Origin: Blastocatellia bacterium
GTDB taxonomy: Bacteria > Acidobacteriota > Blastocatellia > UBA7656
NCBI GenBank assembly: GCA_036003885.1
Contig: DASYSA010000642.1
Location: 1-40,812 of the forward strand
Length of the DNA stretch: 40,812 bases
Direction of reading: 5' to 3'
Within the stretch, counting starts at the first letter, position 1, and each line of letters starts with the position of its first letter. Shown here piece by piece: positions 1 through 9,634 of the stretch. Under the pieces are notes generated by a model. It was not told where the DNA came from and did no database searches. It saw only the letters and a list, made by a program, of their open reading frames with translations. A program made the position numbers and the translations under genes.

Positions 1-1207
1 CTTCATAGGCACGCGAGCAGGTCTGCTCGAGAGTGGCCGCCCGTGCCGTCACTCCAATGACTCGACCGCCGGCTGTCATAAACCGTCCCTGCTCATCGAA
101 AGCCGTGCCAGAATGGAAGACAACGACCCCTTCAACCGCCGCGGCTTCAGCAAGCCCTGCTATCGGCTTTCCCTTTTCGAATTTCCCAGGGTATCCAGCG
201 GACGCGGCGACGACGCAGACCGATGAATCCGTGCTCCATTTCATCGGCAGCGAACCGATGCGCCCGGCGAGGATCGCGTCGAATATCTCGACCAGGTCGC
301 TGTCCAGCCTCATCAGCACAGCCTGTGTTTCAGGGTCGCCCAACCGCGCATTGTATTCGATCACCATCGGTCCCTCGGCGGTGAGCATCAACCCGGTGTA
401 TAGCACGCCGCGGAAGGGTCGCCCCTCACCGGCTATTCCTTCGAGTGTCGGTTCGACAATTTCGCGAGTGATGCGCTCGAGCGTAGCGTTGTCAATGAGC
501 GCCGGGGTTGAAAACGATCCCATACCGCCGGTGTTCGGCCCAAGGTCTCCGTCATCGACGCGCTTGTAGTCCTGCGCCGGTGGTATGATCTGATAGTCCT
601 TCCCGTCGGTGAAGATCATCAGTGACGCTTCGCGCCCGAACAGGCACTCCTCAAGGACCACGGCAGAGCCGGCGTCGCCGAATACTCGTTCAACCATCAT
701 CGCATTGATGGCCTCATCAAACTCTCGTCGATCGGCCGGTATACGGACGCCTTTGCCGGCGGCCAGCCCGTCGGCCTTAACCACTACCGGTAAACTGTAA
801 TCGCGATCCAGGGCTTCCCTGGCAGCCTCGGGCGAGTGGCAGATTGTAAACCGCGCCGTCGGAATGGAATGACGAGCCATGAATTGTTTGGCAAATACCT
901 TGCTGCCCTCCAGCTGCGCGGCGCCGCTGGAGGGTCCGATTACCTTCAATCGTCGCTCGTGGAATGCCTCGGCCACGCCCGCAACCAGAGGTGCTTCCGG
1001 ACCGATCACCGTCAGCTCAGCGTCCAGCGACTCGGCAAGGCTTGCAAGCCCGGCGGCGTCATTGAGGTTGGCCGGATAGCAGGTCGCGATCTCAGCGATC
1101 CCCGCGTTGCCTTGCGCGCAATAGAGGTGAGAAGTCTGGAGACTTTGACTCAGTTTCCAGCAGATTGCGTGTTCTCGGCCCCCGGAGCCGATTACGAGGA
1201 TTTTCAT
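1..1207 (-). CDS. purD: Phosphoribosylamine--glycine ligase (GAR synthetase); the 3' end runs off the window
   Basis: It is absent from the ORF track because no stop codon lies inside the window. My reverse-complement translation from the ATG (complement of 1205-1207) reads MKILVIGSGGREHAICWKLSQS...LPVVVKADGLAAGKGV...EYNARLGDPETQ. This is the classic PurD N-terminus with ATP-grasp motifs. The + strand track ORFs 33-569, 609-800 and 836-1285 are its antisense. Confidence 0.9.
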   Translation of the reverse strand, partial: MKILVIGSGGREHAICWKLSQSLQTSHLYCAQGNAGIAEIATCYPANLNDAAGLASLAESLDAELTVIGPEAPLVAGVAEAFHERRLKVIGPSSGAAQLEGSKVFAKQFMARHSIPTARFTICHSPEAAREALDRDYSLPVVVKADGLAAGKGVRIPADRREFDEAINAMMVERVFGDAGSAVVLEECLFGREASLMIFTDGKDYQIIPPAQDYKRVDDGDLGPNTGGMGSFSTPALIDNATLERITREIVEPTLEGIAGEGRPFRGVLYTGLMLTAEGPMVIEYNARLGDPETQAVLMRLDSDLVEIFDAILAGRIGSLPMKWSTDSSVCVVAASAGYPGKFEKGKPIAGLAEAAAVEGVVVFHSGTAFDEQGRFMTAGGRVIGVTARAATLEQTCSRAYE

Positions 1208-1252
1208 ATCCGGGGGATTTTATCTTCAATTTCCGCGAGGCGCAAAAAAGAT

Positions 1253-1353
1253 CGTTGCTCGTTCCTCGTTGCTCGTTGCTCGTGAGGAGCCGAGAGTTGC
1301 CCTACACACAAAAACCGCAGAACGAGCAACGAGCAACGAGAAACGCGCAACGA
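1253..1353. repeat. Heptamer-array inverted repeat (hairpin module A), unit CGTTGCT; probable terminator for the upstream minus-strand gene
   Basis: The left arm (1253-1283) is CGTTGCT CGTTCCT CGTTGCT CGTTGCT CGT. The right arm (1321-1353) is AACGAGC AACGAGC AACGAGA AACGCGC AACGA, its reverse complement with a few mismatches. The loop is 37 nt. An A6 run at 1244-1249 gives a U6 tract 3 nt after the stem on the minus transcript. The module lies between the stop of the 1362-1895 gene and the purD start. Confidence 0.85.
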
Positions 1354-1361
1354 CTCTTTTA

Positions 1362-1895
1362 TTAGTCTTGAGGTGGGATTATTGGCTTGGACGGCTGCGA
1401 AACTGGTGCTTCCGAAGGGGGGTGATGCGTGGCGTTCACGTAGGCCTCGATTTCCAATCGGACTTCAGCATAAAGCCTGTCAACGGGTTTGTTCGCCTTG
1501 TCTCTCCACCCCTTGACGATTTCACCGTCGATCAGAAACTGGCCGTACTGAAAGTTCTGAGTGCGGAACAGGCTGTCTTCGAGCGCAAGGAAGACCAGCA
1601 TCTCCTGTTTCTCAATGTAGTTGTCTTCCGCGCATCGCACGTTCGCCCGCGCCAGCACGTTGACTTGCTTCAGGGTGAAGTCACCGTCAATCACATCAAG
1701 CGGCTTGAGGATCGCGAGCTGGCTGAACGCACCACGGTAGTTAGCCCGAACTGCTTTTTGGACCCTCACTCGCGCTATGAAGATTGAATTGCGTGTCAAT
1801 TCATCGATCGGCATTACGCGCAGGCAGTTGCGCGGCTGTGCGAGCCCCGTGAGTACCAGCAGGGGCATCGCAAGTATCAAGGCAAGCTTGTGCAT
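1362..1895 (-). CDS. Hypothetical secreted protein
   Basis: 177-aa ORF with an N-terminal signal-like segment (MHKLALILAMPLLVLTGLAQP). I recognise no family. Confidence 0.55.
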   Translation of the reverse strand: MHKLALILAMPLLVLTGLAQPRNCLRVMPIDELTRNSIFIARVRVQKAVRANYRGAFSQLAILKPLDVIDGDFTLKQVNVLARANVRCAEDNYIEKQEMLVFLALEDSLFRTQNFQYGQFLIDGEIVKGWRDKANKPVDRLYAEVRLEIEAYVNATHHPPSEAPVSQPSKPIIPPQD

Positions 1896-2003
1896 GTACG
1901 AAAACGGTCTCCTCTACAAGTTGATAATGCTACCACAGCGATTGGGGACCGCGAAAGAGTGTTTCCACCCATTGGTGAACGTCAGAAGGCTCTCGCAGTT
2001 CGA

Positions 2004-2591
2004 TTATTGTGCGCCCGAAGCTTCGTCGGTCGCAACAACCCGCGACCTTCGCAACCGCTGCCGATACAATGCCACTGCGAGGACGACCAGCAAAACCGCG
2101 CAAACCCCTATCAACACCTTGCCGCCGTGATCCTTCACAATTCGAAAGGCGTCGTCCCCAAACTCGATTGCAAGCCAGCCCTCGATCAGGAACCTGATCG
2201 CTCTTCCAATCAGTATGGCGAAGACAAACCGCACTGTCTTCAATTTGAAGACTCCAGCCCCGAGTACGAACGGCTTGAATGGAAAGGGAGGCGGAAGGAC
2301 GGCCGTGGTCATCACAGCCAGCATGTCGTAACGTCCAAGTAGATTCTGTATTCGCTCACGCTTTTGCGGGTTCACACGCCTCAGCGCGCTTTCACCCGCA
2401 CGGCGAGCTATCAGATACAGGATTGTGCAGCCGATTGTTGACCCCGCAGTCGCCGCAAGCGCATAGAGCGGCATCCGCGCTGGATTCACGGTGCTCAGCG
2501 TGATCATGATGAGATCAGGGCCGCTGGGCAGCGGAATCAACGCTGAGTCGAGCAGAGCGATTCCGAACAATCCGACCGCCCCAAAGGTCAT
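2004..2591 (-). CDS. DedA/YqaA (SNARE-associated) family membrane protein
   Basis: The sequence GLFGIALLDSALIPLPSGPDLIMI...LPPPFPFKPFVLGAGVFKL is typical of YqaA/DedA. The track ORF extends to 2837 and would overlap the upstream SpoIID-like gene, so I chose the ATG at 2591 (M83). The start remains uncertain. Confidence 0.65.
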   Translation of the reverse strand: MTFGAVGLFGIALLDSALIPLPSGPDLIMITLSTVNPARMPLYALAATAGSTIGCTILYLIARRAGESALRRVNPQKRERIQNLLGRYDMLAVMTTAVLPPPFPFKPFVLGAGVFKLKTVRFVFAILIGRAIRFLIEGWLAIEFGDDAFRIVKDHGGKVLIGVCAVLLVVLAVALYRQRLRRSRVVATDEASGAQ

Positions 2592-2737
2592 TAGCCATGC
2601 GCCCAGCTCGGCTAGGCTGCGCTTGATCCCTACCAGGGAGCCAAATGATAGCCCCGCCCGGCTTGAAGCCGAGCCGCCCGACTCGAAACCTTCGGCCAAG
2701 CCCGGCGCTTCTCCATTTCCAGTTCTCCGTCTGATTC

Positions 2738-3958
2738 TCACCCGACCCTCGTTACCTCGGTTTGCGGGTAATAGAAGCTGAGGATGTCGCGACAGCTTCG
2801 TCCGGCTACTGCCTGAGCTAACGCACCGGCCACACATAGTCCAACCTGACTGCCGAAACCGCGGCCTCTGAAGACGAATGCATTCCCCCGCCGCTGAACT
2901 GAAAAAGTTGGACTCAGAACAGTGTTCCAGCCGAGCCGCTGCCCGAGGCGGCGCCGAAAGTCGTCGGTAGGAAGTTCGACGCTACGGCCGCGGTCCCGGA
3001 TGCTGATAGAGCGAACGAGATCACTCGACCCTTCGGTTTGCGCGACAATCTCTGCCGCCTGAGAAAGCCTCCGCCCTGGCGCGGCCGATGCCAGCGCATC
3101 GAGCACCGACTGGGCCCGCGCCGTCCGCTGCCATGTGCAGTACCGTGAAGCCCGGCACCACTGGCACGCGATCCGCCGGTAGGGATAACCGCTTTGGACT
3201 CTGCCTCCCCACACCATCTCAGGCGTGGCTGAAAGGCCCCCGCAGGCAGCAGTATACTGGCCTTCGATCGCACGGCCTTGAAAGATAAGAACCTCACCTT
3301 CGGTCGACGACACAGCCATTGCGACAACCGGAGTCAACACTTCCGCTGAAAGATCTGCTTCTCCTCGGTACAGCTGGCAGTGAGTTGTGTCGCAAAAATC
3401 GAAGCCCTCGGCTCGATGCCGGCCGAGATGAGACTGCACAAATGTACGGACGACGATCGCAAGCGCCTTGATCGCCTCCGACTCGCGCCGCCCGGCAATC
3501 TCAGCTGCAACAATGGAGGCCACCGCCGACTCCATATCCGTCTCGAGAACGATCGAGAGCATCGCAGGCTCTAATCGGTTCTCCGCTCCAACGTACAGGC
3601 TACCGCGTACCGCGCGTTTCATTCGCGCAGGCAGGTTCAATTCGAGGCCGCCTGAACCATCGGGTTCCACTTTAGCCTCGCCCGCTGTTGCAGTTGCTTT
3701 GATGCGCCCGTAAGCATCGACCAGGACCACGTTGAGACCCGCACCCGATTTCCGAACTCGAATCGTCTGGCCCGGCTCAACAACTACTTCCGAGAGCCTG
3801 CCGGCATTCAGAATTGCGGTATGACCCGGGGAGGGCTGCACATTGAGCACATCGGGCTTGAATAAGCTGAAGAGTCCTATTCGCAAGGGTCGGCTAGCCG
3901 AATCGACGCCCGTCGCGGCGAAGGAGAGCAACGCTATGGTGGCAAGAGCGACCGGCAT
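2738..3958 (-). CDS. SpoIID/LytB domain-containing protein (peptidoglycan remodelling)
   Basis: Signal peptide (MPVALATIALLSFAATG) plus the signature FDFCDTTHCQLYRG and a CGG...PEMVWGG segment, both characteristic of the SpoIID/LytB domain. Confidence 0.8.
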   Translation of the reverse strand: MPVALATIALLSFAATGVDSASRPLRIGLFSLFKPDVLNVQPSPGHTAILNAGRLSEVVVEPGQTIRVRKSGAGLNVVLVDAYGRIKATATAGEAKVEPDGSGGLELNLPARMKRAVRGSLYVGAENRLEPAMLSIVLETDMESAVASIVAAEIAGRRESEAIKALAIVVRTFVQSHLGRHRAEGFDFCDTTHCQLYRGEADLSAEVLTPVVAMAVSSTEGEVLIFQGRAIEGQYTAACGGLSATPEMVWGGRVQSGYPYRRIACQWCRASRYCTWQRTARAQSVLDALASAAPGRRLSQAAEIVAQTEGSSDLVRSISIRDRGRSVELPTDDFRRRLGQRLGWNTVLSPTFSVQRRGNAFVFRGRGFGSQVGLCVAGALAQAVAGRSCRDILSFYYPQTEVTRVG

Positions 3959-4174
3959 GAGTCATGAATATGAACGATGAATCGGGAATGCACAATAACG
4001 GCACGACGCCGCGTCCCTGAAGGGGCGCGATTCGCACTATGCTCTGGCTTGAAGGCCGGGCGACGCAGTAGACTAACATTGACGCGCGACAACGACGAGG
4101 GACGACGTGTGCTGTTGTCTGACCTCGTCAGCAAAGGAGATCGCCGCTTCGTTCACACAAGGAAAAGCGCCACT

Positions 4175-5467
4175 ATGACTACAACTCCCTCGACCTCTTT
4201 CGCAGGCAGCCGGGTTGGGACTGATGAAGCTGACGATCTGCAGGCTCGCTACCACAGCGTAAGGGAGGCGACCGTAGAATTATGTAAGCCGCTGTCACCC
4301 GAAGACTGCGTGGTTCAGTCGATGCCAAACTGCAGCCCAGCGAAATGGCATCTGGCGCACACGAGCTGGTTTTTTGAAACCTTCATTCTCGAGCGCAGCA
4401 TACCGGACTATATCTCCTTCAACTCGCAGTTCCGAATGATGTTCAACTCCTACTATCAGTCAGTGGGCGAGCAGTACCCGCGTCCGTCGCGCGGGTTGTT
4501 GTCGCGCCCGACTCTGAACGAGGTGCTCGAATACCGAAAGCACGTCGATCGCTGCATGCTCTCGGTTCTTGAAGCCGAGGGCACGCGGGCCACGACGGCG
4601 AGTGTAATCGAGTTGGGCCTCCAGCACGAGCAACAGCATCAAGAGTTGATCCTGACCGATATCAAACACATGCTTTCGTTCAATCCGCTGCGTCCCTCGT
4701 ACGCAAGCGTTGTTGGGCCGGCGGGGGAGTCTCAACCGCTGACTTGGAGTCGCTATGATGGAGGCCTCCGGTGGATCGGCCACGAAGGGGACTCCTTTTC
4801 CTTCGATAACGAGGAGCCGCGCCATCGCGTGTTCATCGAGCCCTTTGAGCTTGCGTCGCGTCCGGTGACTAACGGCGAGTACGTGGCTTTCATAGAGGCT
4901 GACGGGTATGAGCGCCCTGATCTCTGGCTCTCAGATGGCTGGTACGCGGTTAGCGATCAGCACTGGCGCGCGCCCCTTTATTGGGAGTTTCTGGATGGCA
5001 CGTGGTTCCTGTTCACGTTGTCGGGACTGCGCGAGCTTCGCCCCGAGGAACCTGTTTGCCACGTTAGCTTTTACGAGGCGGATGCGTTTGCCCGTTGGGC
5101 GGGGGCGCGTCTGCCCACTGAAGCCGAATGGGAATCGGTGGCCGGCGAGGAGTCGATCGCCGGTAACTTTGTGGAGAAGGGCCTCCTGCATCCGGCTCCT
5201 GGAGCCGATCACAGGGAAGGCCCGGCTCAGATGTTCGGAGACGTCTGGGAGTGGACTCAGAGTCCATATATCCCTTATCCCGGCTTCAACCCGCCGGAGG
5301 GAGCGCTGGGTGAATACAACGGCAAGTTCATGTGCCACCAGATAGTGCTCAAGGGGGGCTCCTGCGCTACGCCACAGTCCCACATTCGCGCGACCTACCG
5401 TAACTTTCTCCCGCCGGACGCGCGCTGGCAATTCAGCGGAATAAGGCTCGCTCGCGATGCGAAATAG
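4175..5467 (+). CDS. egtB: EgtB-like sulfoxide synthase (DinB_2 plus FGE-sulfatase domains), ergothioneine-type
   Basis: WHLAHTSWFFETF and LQHEQQHQELI (DinB-like iron site) are followed by an FGE-sulfatase-like C-terminal half (VSFYEADAFARWAGARLPTEAEWE, GDVWEWT). The start is set at the ATG at 4175, which is preceded by AAGGAAAAG. The track start at 3977 adds a basic, non-homologous extension. Confidence 0.8.
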   Translation: MTTTPSTSFAGSRVGTDEADDLQARYHSVREATVELCKPLSPEDCVVQSMPNCSPAKWHLAHTSWFFETFILERSIPDYISFNSQFRMMFNSYYQSVGEQYPRPSRGLLSRPTLNEVLEYRKHVDRCMLSVLEAEGTRATTASVIELGLQHEQQHQELILTDIKHMLSFNPLRPSYASVVGPAGESQPLTWSRYDGGLRWIGHEGDSFSFDNEEPRHRVFIEPFELASRPVTNGEYVAFIEADGYERPDLWLSDGWYAVSDQHWRAPLYWEFLDGTWFLFTLSGLRELRPEEPVCHVSFYEADAFARWAGARLPTEAEWESVAGEESIAGNFVEKGLLHPAPGADHREGPAQMFGDVWEWTQSPYIPYPGFNPPEGALGEYNGKFMCHQIVLKGGSCATPQSHIRATYRNFLPPDARWQFSGIRLARDAK

Positions 5468-5518
5468 AGGTTTCCTGGGTACGCACGCTTCCAGCGTGCC
5501 CCGATTCTGTTTGCTCAC

Positions 5519-6406
5519 TCACGATGAAGACGACCGCTTGACATCAAGGTTGCCGCCTCGAATATGAAGATCGAGTTGCGGGTAGGGTATCTCTATCTGG
5601 TGTTGTCGGAATTTGTCGTGGATGGCGAAGTTCAGCCCGCTGACCAACTTCCCTTTCCGATGAACGAGACTCCGGCTCCAGGCGCGCAGCTCGAACTTTA
5701 ACCCGCTGTTACCAAACTCGAGGAATCGCACTCCGGGCTCCGGAACGTCGAGCACGTCGGCGTTCTCTCTGGCCACCTCAAGCAACAGCTTCTCCACCTG
5801 TCTTACATCGCTGCCATAGCCGACGCTGATCGGGATCTTGAATCTCACCGTCGAATCGGTATAGCTCCAGTTCACGACATTCTCAGTTACGAACTTGGAG
5901 TTCGGAACGATGATGGCGATATTGTCGTTGGTCACAACCGTCGTGCTGCGAGCTCCAACTGAAATTACATCGCCCTCGACTCCTCCCACCTCAATCCGAT
6001 CTCCAATCTTGATCGGCCTTTCAAAGAGGATGATCAAACCGCTTATGAAATTGCTCGCAATGTTTTGCAGTCCAAACCCGATTCCAATACCAACCGCTCC
6101 GGCGACCACGTTGAGCGTCGTCAGATTGATTCCCACGGTTTGAAGAATTATCAACAGGCCGACTAACAACACCACATAACGCGTGATGGACCCAATCGCC
6201 TGCTGCGCTCCCAAATCGAGCCTGCTGCGTGCCAGGACTCGGCCAACGAGGAGCTTCCTCATCTTGCCGGCAAGGTAAAAGAGCAAGACGAGAAGCACAA
6301 GGAAACAGATGATCGTCCATACAGTGATCTGCGCTTCCCCAAGCTTGACGATCGGAAAATCGAAAAAGCCCTTTATTCGTCCAAGCCAGCTTTGAAGACT
6401 CTCCAC
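5519..6406 (-). CDS. Small-conductance mechanosensitive channel (MscS family)
   Basis: TM helices followed by LFERPIKIGDRIEVGGVEGDVISVGARSTTVVTNDNIAIIVPNSKF, the conserved MscS beta-domain core. Confidence 0.85.
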   Translation of the reverse strand: MESLQSWLGRIKGFFDFPIVKLGEAQITVWTIICFLVLLVLLFYLAGKMRKLLVGRVLARSRLDLGAQQAIGSITRYVVLLVGLLIILQTVGINLTTLNVVAGAVGIGIGFGLQNIASNFISGLIILFERPIKIGDRIEVGGVEGDVISVGARSTTVVTNDNIAIIVPNSKFVTENVVNWSYTDSTVRFKIPISVGYGSDVRQVEKLLLEVARENADVLDVPEPGVRFLEFGNSGLKFELRAWSRSLVHRKGKLVSGLNFAIHDKFRQHQIEIPYPQLDLHIRGGNLDVKRSSSS

Positions 6407-6486
6407 CTTTATCCTCCACTCTCATCCCGCACCGGGGACTCGACCGTCGTCGAGCGCTAGCATACCGCCTGCCGCGACTCATGCGC

Positions 6487-6528
6487 CAGTTGTCAGTTGT
6501 CGCCTGTCCATGGTCAACTGTAGCAACG
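6487..6528. repeat. Short degenerate 7-nt phased array with an internal inverted element
   Basis: The units are CAGTTGT CAGTTGT CGCCTGT CCATGGT CAACTGT AGCAACG. Five of the six end in GT, and CAGTTG (6494-6499) is complementary to CAACTG (6515-6520). The array lies in the divergent spacer between the MscS gene and the debranching-enzyme gene. Confidence 0.3.
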
Positions 6529-6559
6529 TGGACCGAGGACCACAGAGTGCCCCAACATC

Positions 6560-8533
6560 ATGATTCAATTCGACCAGCAAGCGTGCGGAGACCTGGAAGC
6601 GGCCCTGACTCGCGAATGGCTGGAGACTAACGGGATCGGCGGGTTCGCATCGTCGACGATCATCTGTTTGAATACGCGCCGCTATCATGGAGTGCTGGTT
6701 GCCGCGACGACAGTGCCCTGTGGCCGAACGGTGCTGGTGTCGAAGGTTGAAGAGACCGTCGTTGTTGACGGACGGCGGTATGAGCTTGGGGCAAATCAGT
6801 ACCCGGGCGTCATTCACCCGACCGGCTATCAGTATTTGAAACAGTTCAGGCTCGATCCGTTCCCCACCTTCAGTTACGAGATCGAGGGGTTGGAGATAGA
6901 GAAGTCAGTCTTCATGATCCAGGGCGAGAACAGCACGGTTCTGCAATACAGGCTGCGACGCCAAGCGGGGTCCGCAACCGCCGTAGTAGTGCTCGAAGCT
7001 CGGCCGCTCCTCGCATTCCGTGATCACCACAGCACGACGCACGAAAACAGTTCTTTAAACCCCAAAGTGCAGATCGTAGATGGCTCTGTCAGGATTTCGC
7101 CTTACCCGGGGATGCCGCAGCTTAATGTTGCGCACGATGGCTCGGGGGTGGAACCAACCGGTCACTGGTATCGCAATTTCGAATACCGGGCGGAGCGCGA
7201 ACGGGGCCTGGATTTCGTGGAGGACCTGTTCAACCCATTCACGATCCGATTCGACTTTAACGACCGGGTCGAAGCAAACCTGATAGCCTCCACCGAGCCG
7301 CATCAGGCCGCCCAGGCTTCGACCTACCGCGAGGCGGAGATGAAGCGCAGGCGATCGCTCGCCTCATCCACGCCCGTTGAGGAGGAATTGATCACCACGC
7401 TCACAGCAGCGGCGGACCAGTACATCGTCGCGCGAGGCAATCTCAGGACCGTCATCGCAGGCTACCACTGGTTTGGCGACTGGGGTCGTGACACGATGAT
7501 CGCGTTGCCGGGGCTGGAGTTGGTCACCGGACGCTACGACGCAGCGAAAAGCATATTGCTCGAGTTCGCTCGTCACGTCGATCAAGGCATGATTCCCAAT
7601 CGCTTTCCCGACGAAGGTGAGCAGGCCGAGTACAACACCGTCGACGCGACGCTGTGGTTCTTTGAGGCGGTTCGGTCGCTGGGTCATTACACCGGAGACA
7701 CTGAATTCATCCGCGCCAATCTGTATGCGGTGCTGGCCGACATCGTCGACTGGCACGAGCGTGGCACTCGGTACGGCATTCACGTCGATGAGGACGGTCT
7801 GCTCAGCTCGGGAGAAGAAGGCGTTCAGTTGACCTGGATGGATGCGAAGGTTGGCGACCTGGTGGTGACGCCCCGGCGGAGCAAACCGGTTGAGATCCAG
7901 GCGCTATGGTACAACGCGGTTCGCGTGATGGAACAATTCGCCCTCGAGTTTGGGGATGGAATTAGTCGCGACCGTTACCGAACCCTGGCCGAACGCGCAA
8001 AGCGGAGTTTCAATCTGCTCTTCTGGAACGAGGGTGCGGGCTGCCTCTACGACTGCGTCAAGGGTGAGGAGCGCGACGGTTCGATCAGGCCGAACCAGGT
8101 CATAGCGGCGAGCTTGCCGTATTCAATGCTCGAGCGAAACAAAGCGAGGCGTGTGGTCGAAGTGGTTGAGCGCAGCCTATGGACGCCCGTTGGCCTGAGG
8201 ACTCTTGCGCCAGAGGATCCGCGGTACCGGCCGCGTTGCGAAGGAGGCATATGGGAACGGGATTTGGCTTATCATCAGGGTACAGTTTGGCCGTGGTTGA
8301 TGGGCCCCTTCATCACGGCTTATGTGAAATCACATGGGAAGACGAGAGCGAGCAGGCAAAGGGCAGCCGAGTGGCTGGGCGCATTTTGCGCGCACCTCAG
8401 TGAAGCCGGCCTGGGGCACATATCAGAGATCTGCGATGGGGAATCCCCACATACTCCGCGAGGCTGTATCGCTCAGGCATGGAGCGTGGCCGAGATTCTG
8501 CGCGCGACGGTAGAGGACATATTTGGAGACTGA
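6560..8533 (+). CDS. Glycogen debranching enzyme (amylo-alpha-1,6-glucosidase, GDE_N_bis plus GDE_C type)
   Basis: REWLETNGIGGFASSTI...NTRRYHGVLV at the N-terminus, followed by IAGYHWFGDWGRDTMIALPGL, and then YHQGTVWPWLMGPF...CIAQAWSVAE at the C-terminus. All are typical of the bacterial/archaeal GDE family. Confidence 0.85.
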   Translation: MIQFDQQACGDLEAALTREWLETNGIGGFASSTIICLNTRRYHGVLVAATTVPCGRTVLVSKVEETVVVDGRRYELGANQYPGVIHPTGYQYLKQFRLDPFPTFSYEIEGLEIEKSVFMIQGENSTVLQYRLRRQAGSATAVVVLEARPLLAFRDHHSTTHENSSLNPKVQIVDGSVRISPYPGMPQLNVAHDGSGVEPTGHWYRNFEYRAERERGLDFVEDLFNPFTIRFDFNDRVEANLIASTEPHQAAQASTYREAEMKRRRSLASSTPVEEELITTLTAAADQYIVARGNLRTVIAGYHWFGDWGRDTMIALPGLELVTGRYDAAKSILLEFARHVDQGMIPNRFPDEGEQAEYNTVDATLWFFEAVRSLGHYTGDTEFIRANLYAVLADIVDWHERGTRYGIHVDEDGLLSSGEEGVQLTWMDAKVGDLVVTPRRSKPVEIQALWYNAVRVMEQFALEFGDGISRDRYRTLAERAKRSFNLLFWNEGAGCLYDCVKGEERDGSIRPNQVIAASLPYSMLERNKARRVVEVVERSLWTPVGLRTLAPEDPRYRPRCEGGIWERDLAYHQGTVWPWLMGPFITAYVKSHGKTRASRQRAAEWLGAFCAHLSEAGLGHISEICDGESPHTPRGCIAQAWSVAEILRATVEDIFGD

Positions 8534-8536
8534 TCG

Positions 8537-8866
8537 TCACTCGCCGCTACCGCCCCTCTCATTCAGCTCTATCCCCAGAGCTAGCAGTTTCCTTTCAAAG
8601 CCCTCCTCGTCATTCAGCGTGTGCAAGTATGTTTTGTCGGTTCGGAGGTAAGAGATCAGTCCGCCTGTGTCCAGGCGGGCAACGACAACAGTGTCCTTCG
8701 CCGCTGGAACTTGAAACATCTTCACTTCGACGTCAGGCCCCAGGAGATATTCCGGCAATATATCATCGGGCGCGGAATTCAGGATGTATCTCCCCGGGCA
8801 GCCGCGGATCGGGTTCCATTTCCACCGTGTCATCAACTCATCGAACGTGATCATGGGCCTTTTCAC
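8537..8866 (-). CDS. Hypothetical protein
   Basis: 109-aa ORF with a GTG start at 8866 (alternative ATG at 8854). It is convergent with the debranching-enzyme gene, with only 3 nt between the stops. I recognise no family. Confidence 0.45.
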   Translation of the reverse strand: MKRPMITFDELMTRWKWNPIRGCPGRYILNSAPDDILPEYLLGPDVEVKMFQVPAAKDTVVVARLDTGGLISYLRTDKTYLHTLNDEEGFERKLLALGIELNERGGSGE

Positions 8867-9034
8867 GGTTTGCGTATCAGGATGAACAACCCGACGCCTA
8901 TAAGCTGACGACGAGCGAGAAAGCGCGAAATTGAAGGCATAAGAATTCCTTTCTGTCTGTCGAAGACGTGCGTGCGCCGTTGCATCCGATCGTCAGGTCC
9001 GGATTCTCCCACCGGCGATATACACCCAACCGTC

Positions 9035-9472
9035 TTATGCGGTAAGCCTGATCATTGTAGCCAGCATCGTTGCAACGAGTGTCTCTTCACCTCCGGCATG
9101 CGCGAAGACATCGCCTTCGCATACGGTCAGTGTTCGACCGGACTTCCTGACTCTGCCTATTGCCAGAAAGCGCTCACCTATTGCTGGTGCGAGCAAGTTG
9201 ACCTTGTATTCAACGGTAAGAACTCCCGACGTAGATGCCATCAGGCTAAATGCGGCATAGCCGCAGGCGCTATCCACGATGCTTGTTATGATTCCCGCGT
9301 GAATGAAGCCGTTTTGCTGCGTCAACTCCTGCTGAAAAGGGATCTCAATGTGCACCTCGCCGGGCATTACCTTTACGAGTTTGGCATTGATTGTCTTCAT
9401 CAGCCGTTGGAGATTGAAGCTTGAGCGAACGCGAGACTCGAATGCCGGATCAGGAAGACTGAAAGCTGGCAT
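9035..9472 (-). CDS. PaaI-family hotdog-fold thioesterase
   Basis: FNLQRLMKTINAKLVKVMPGEVHIEIPFQQELTQQNGFIHAGIITSIVDSACGYAA...GRTLTVCEGDVF is a typical PaaI/YigI pattern. Confidence 0.8.
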   Translation of the reverse strand: MPAFSLPDPAFESRVRSSFNLQRLMKTINAKLVKVMPGEVHIEIPFQQELTQQNGFIHAGIITSIVDSACGYAAFSLMASTSGVLTVEYKVNLLAPAIGERFLAIGRVRKSGRTLTVCEGDVFAHAGGEETLVATMLATMIRLTA

Positions 9473-9542
9473 CTGGATGGCTCCCGAATAAGATGATCAG
9501 CGAGAGCTTAATAGATTCAACTGTGAAACTCAAAAGAATGAT

Positions 9543-9633
9543 GCGTGATTCGTGATGCGTGATTCGTGATTCGTGATGCGTGATGCGTGATTCGCAATTT
9601 GTCACGGATCACGGATCACGAATCACGCATCAC
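9543..9633. repeat. Heptamer-array inverted repeat (hairpin module B), units GCGTGAT/TCGTGAT
   Basis: The left arm (9543-9594) has seven full units plus TCG. The right arm (9603-9633) is CACGGAT CACGGAT CACGAAT CACGCAT CAC. My manual pairing of 9566-9594 with 9605-9633 gives about 29 positions with about 4 mismatches or wobbles. About 3 left-arm units remain unpaired. The module lies in a divergent spacer, with the thioesterase start at 9472 and the kinase start at 9784. Confidence 0.85.
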
Positions 9634-9634
9634 T

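Noticed and set aside
33-1285. Track ORFs 33-569, 609-800, 836-1285, 879-1079 on the + strand
   Set aside because: They are antisense to a clear purD reading frame on the minus strand. Their composition (Ala/Arg/Ser/Pro-rich) is typical of antisense frames in GC-rich genes.
5483-5499. Hairpin GCACGC/GCGTGC between the convergent egtB and MscS genes
   Set aside because: The stem is 6 bp and cannot be extended, and there is no convincing U-tract.
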